NCBI GenBank assembly: GCA_001830425.1
Contig: MIAA01000016.1
Span: forward strand, 104,055 to 162,662
Direction: 5' to 3'
Source of the DNA: Rhodospirillales bacterium RIFCSPLOWO2_02_FULL_58_16
Lineage (GTDB): Bacteria; Pseudomonadota; Alphaproteobacteria; Rhodospirillales; 2-02-FULL-58-16
DNA length: 58,608 bases
Shown: in pieces, positions 56,252-58,608 of the stretch
Numbering within the stretch: the first letter of the stretch is position 1
Layout: each line of letters starts with the position of its first letter
Notes under the pieces: model-generated
Database searches by the model: none
What the model saw: the letters and a program-made list of their open reading frames with translations, nothing else
What the model was told of the DNA's origin: nothing
Made by a program: the position numbers and the translations under genes

Positions 56252-57580
56252 TCATTTGCCTATGCAAAAATCCTTGAAAATAACATCGAGGATGTCTTCA
56301 ACATCGACGCGGCCGGTGATTCGCCCCAGCGCCCGCGCCGCCAGCCGCAAATCTTCGGCAACCAGCTCGGAAGCATCCGTTTGCCGGCAACGAATCAATG
56401 AATCCCGGCATTGTTCGAGGGCCTGACGATGCCGGGCCTGGGTCAAGGATGGGGAAGAAGAAATTTGACAGCGCCCGGCAATCATCCGTTCCAGCGCCGC
56501 CGCCATTTCTTCAATGCCTTCCCCTGTCAACACCGAGACATAACGCGGCGAATATCCCTTGATCTCCTTGGGAAAGCTCTCGAAATTGAGGTCAATCTTG
56601 TTGATAACGACCAACGCATTCTCGTTCACATATTCCGCCGCCAGGGGATCAAGGCCCCTTTTTGCGTCAAAGATAACCAGTTTAAGGTCGGCGCCTTCGG
56701 CCCAGGCCCTGGCCCGGCGCACCCCCTCCATCTCAACCTTGTCGCCGCTTTCGCACAAGCCTGCGGTGTCGGCAACCACCACCGGATACCCGGCAATGTC
56801 AAGGCGGACCTCAATAACATCCCGCGTCGTTCCCGGCAGATCAGAGACAATCGCGGCGTTGCGCCTGGTCAATAAATTCATCATGCTCGATTTGCCGGCG
56901 TTCGGCGGCCCGATAATCGCCAAATGAAGGCCATTGTGTAAAATTTCGCCGCGCTTGCCGTCACCCAGATGAGCGATAATCTGCGAAAGCAAAAAATCAA
57001 CGCCATGAATTACTTTATCGAATAAATCGACGGGCAGGTCTTCATCGGAAAAATCAATGGTCGCTTCGATATCGGCAATGATCGCCATAAGGCTTTGACG
57101 CCATGACTCATAGAGCCGCCCCAGTTCCCCCTGCATTTGCCGCAAGGCCTGACGCCGCTGCGCTTCCGTCTCGGCGTTTATAAGGTCGGCGAGTCCTTCC
57201 GCCGCCGTCAAATCAAACTTATCGTTCTCAAAAGCGCGGCGACTGAACTCCCCCGGCTCGGCAAGCCGCAACCCCTCGCATGCGCCCAAGGCGTTCAGCA
57301 TCCCGGAAAGCACCGCCCGCCCGCCATGGACATGCATTTCGGCGACGTCTTCTCCGGTAAAACTTGACGGCGCGGGGAACCAAAGCGCCAGCCCCTCGTC
57401 AACGAGAACGCCGTCAACCGGGTTATGAAACCCCGCCCTTGTCGCTCGCCGCGCCGGCGGCAATTCACGCCGACTCAACGCCTGCAAGGCTTTCCCCGCC
57501 TGCGGCCCGGAAACTCGAATTACCGCGATCCCCGCCCGCCCGCCACCGCCGGCCGGGGCGTAGATGGTGAGCGCCTTCAT
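56252..57580 (-). CDS. mnmE: tRNA modification GTPase MnmE (TrmE)
   Basis: GIAVIRVSG, the G-domain motif IIGPPNAGKSS and the C-terminal FCIGK. Confidence 0.95.
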   Translation of the reverse strand: MKALTIYAPAGGGGRAGIAVIRVSGPQAGKALQALSRRELPPARRATRAGFHNPVDGVLVDEGLALWFPAPSSFTGEDVAEMHVHGGRAVLSGMLNALGACEGLRLAEPGEFSRRAFENDKFDLTAAEGLADLINAETEAQRRQALRQMQGELGRLYESWRQSLMAIIADIEATIDFSDEDLPVDLFDKVIHGVDFLLSQIIAHLGDGKRGEILHNGLHLAIIGPPNAGKSSMMNLLTRRNAAIVSDLPGTTRDVIEVRLDIAGYPVVVADTAGLCESGDKVEMEGVRRARAWAEGADLKLVIFDAKRGLDPLAAEYVNENALVVINKIDLNFESFPKEIKGYSPRYVSVLTGEGIEEMAAALERMIAGRCQISSSPSLTQARHRQALEQCRDSLIRCRQTDASELVAEDLRLAARALGRITGRVDVEDILDVIFKDFCIGK

Positions 57581-57624
57581 ATCAATGCTGCTAAAATGAC
57601 TAACAACACAATATGTAGTATCTC

Positions 57625-57966
57625 CTATTCGTTTAAGCTCAACATCAAGTGTTTTGGCGGCTTGCCCTTCTGAAAGTGATCAACGACGATCCGGTCGATG
57701 TCTTCGCGGCTCCGGCAGTTATACCAGACGCCTTCGGGATAGACGACCATCGCCGGCGCTTTTTCACATCGCCCCAGGCAACCGGAGGAATTGATTCTTA
57801 CTCCCTCAAGGCCCAGCTCCAGCACTTTCTCGCGCAAATAAGCGAACACTTCATCGGCGCCGTGGCGTCCGCACGACGGCTTCGGATGATTTACCGGGCG
57901 CACGTTGGTGCAGCAAAAAACATGATATTTATAATATTGTCCCGAATTTTCATTGTTGGCGGTCAC
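57625..57966 (-). CDS. Thioredoxin-like [2Fe-2S] ferredoxin
   Basis: Four Cys residues in CCTN...PSCG...SSGCLGRCEKAP. 113 aa. Confidence 0.75.
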   Translation of the reverse strand: MTANNENSGQYYKYHVFCCTNVRPVNHPKPSCGRHGADEVFAYLREKVLELGLEGVRINSSGCLGRCEKAPAMVVYPEGVWYNCRSREDIDRIVVDHFQKGKPPKHLMLSLNE

Positions 57967-58029
57967 GATGATTCCTTTTCCTTTTCCTTTGTCTTGGCCC
58001 CGGCCTCAGCATAGCTGTAAGATTTACCC

Positions 58030-58473
58030 ATGCAATACCTCAGTATGAACTCGCCGTTCGGCCCGCTTACGCTGTTTGAGGAAGAAGGCCGTCTGGTCGC
58101 CCTTGAATGGGGACGGACGTCTGCTAACCGCTCATCGCCGCTTTTAACCATGGCCAGGGACCAATTAAACGCTTATTTCGACGGCCGGCTCAAGACATTC
58201 ACCCTGCCGCTGAAGCCGTCAGGAACCGGCTTTCAACACTCGGTATGGGCGCTGATGCGCGAGATTCCCTACGGCGCCTCCCGAACCTACGGCGATCTCG
58301 CCAAGGCGCTCGGCAGCGCCCCTCGCGCCGTCGGCGGGGCCTGTGGCCGCAATCCCCTCCCGATTATCATTCCCTGTCACCGGGTAATCGGCGCCGGCGG
58401 CAAAATGACCGGATATTCGGGCGGCGGCGGCATAGAAACCAAGCTCGCCCTCCTTCGTCTGGAAGCCGACTGA
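58030..58473 (+). CDS. ogt: Methylated-DNA--protein-cysteine methyltransferase
   Basis: Active-site IIPCHRVIG preceded by the YGDLAKALGSAPRAVGGACGRNP helix-turn-helix. Confidence 0.9.
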   Translation: MQYLSMNSPFGPLTLFEEEGRLVALEWGRTSANRSSPLLTMARDQLNAYFDGRLKTFTLPLKPSGTGFQHSVWALMREIPYGASRTYGDLAKALGSAPRAVGGACGRNPLPIIIPCHRVIGAGGKMTGYSGGGGIETKLALLRLEAD

Positions 58474-58484
58474 AAGGAAAAATC

Positions 58485-58608
58485 ATGAGCAACGCCATCC
58501 GCATTCATCAATACGGCGGCCCGGAAGTCCTGCAATGGGAAAAAATCGACATCGGCAAGCCCGGCCCCGGCGAGGTTCGCCTCCGACAAAGCGCCGTCGG
58601 CCTCAACT
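58485..58608 (+). CDS. NADPH:quinone oxidoreductase / zinc-type alcohol dehydrogenase family, N-terminal fragment (3' end outside window)
   Basis: Hand translation gives MSNAIRIHQYGGPEVLQWEKIDIGKPGPGEVRLRQSAVGLN. aaaggaaaaa Shine-Dalgarno upstream. The ORF is open to the window end. Confidence 0.7.
   Translation, partial: MSNAIRIHQYGGPEVLQWEKIDIGKPGPGEVRLRQSAVGLN

Noticed and set aside
57967-58029. Short ccttttccttttccttt tandem repeat in the ferredoxin/ogt divergent spacer.
   Set aside because: It amounts to about 2.5 copies of a 6-mer. It is most simply the purine-rich Shine-Dalgarno region of the minus-strand ferredoxin gene, with no evidence of variable-number repeat behaviour.
1-58608. 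CRISPR arrays, transposases or IS elements, toxin-antitoxin pairs and known defence systems.
   Set aside because: No spaced direct-repeat arrays were found. No DDE or serine/tyrosine recombinase-like ORFs were found. No small paired ORFs with TA-like features were found on either strand.

Overview
High-GC chromosomal segment whose gene content and order (DUF3576-leuS-lptE-holA; parB-parA-rsmG-mnmG-mnmE; ftsK-lolA) look alphaproteobacterial, possibly Rhodospirillales-like; this is inference only. Positions 1-25908 form one large surface-glycan (O-antigen/LPS-type) locus. It is almost entirely plus-strand and tightly translationally coupled, with many TGATG/ATGA/GTGA stop-start overlaps. Its parts are: (1) a CMP-activation block (cytidylyltransferase, unknown Rossmann-like protein, HAD phosphatase, 2-hydroxyacid dehydrogenase); (2) a minus-strand methyltransferase; (3) a heparinase II/III-like protein and two divergent AsnB-type amidotransferases; (4) a GT2 / 41-aa membrane peptide / GT-C-like membrane protein / TM-less DPM1-like GT2 module; (5) a sugar-tailoring block (B12-radical SAM, cupin, TylC3-type C-methyltransferase, UXS-type SDR, Gfo/Idh/MocA); (6) an O-antigen ligase-like protein; (7) a WbpL/WecA - GT1 - SDR - WbpM/CapD initiation module. 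No Wzx, Wzz or ABC exporter is visible. Positions 25934-58608 are housekeeping genes: purH, nadABC, a SIS protein, the 1614-aa NAD-glutamate dehydrogenase, tRNA-Gly(GCC), Trm112/DUF971, amtB, ftsK, lolA, an orphan OmpR-type regulator, ribA, a hypothetical protein, an L,D-transpeptidase-like protein, yggS, a ThiE-like protein, DUF3576-leuS-lptE-holA, parBA-rsmG-mnmG-mnmE, a 2Fe-2S ferredoxin, ogt and a truncated qor. Non-coding signals read directly from the sequence are three canonical parS sites around mnmG, two sigma54-type -24/-12 candidates, three structured REP-like inverted-repeat elements, and a likely non-ATG start for holA. No mobile element, CRISPR array or recognisable defence system was seen. 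The most unusual content is the glycan-tailoring and lipid-carrier glycosylation part of the locus.
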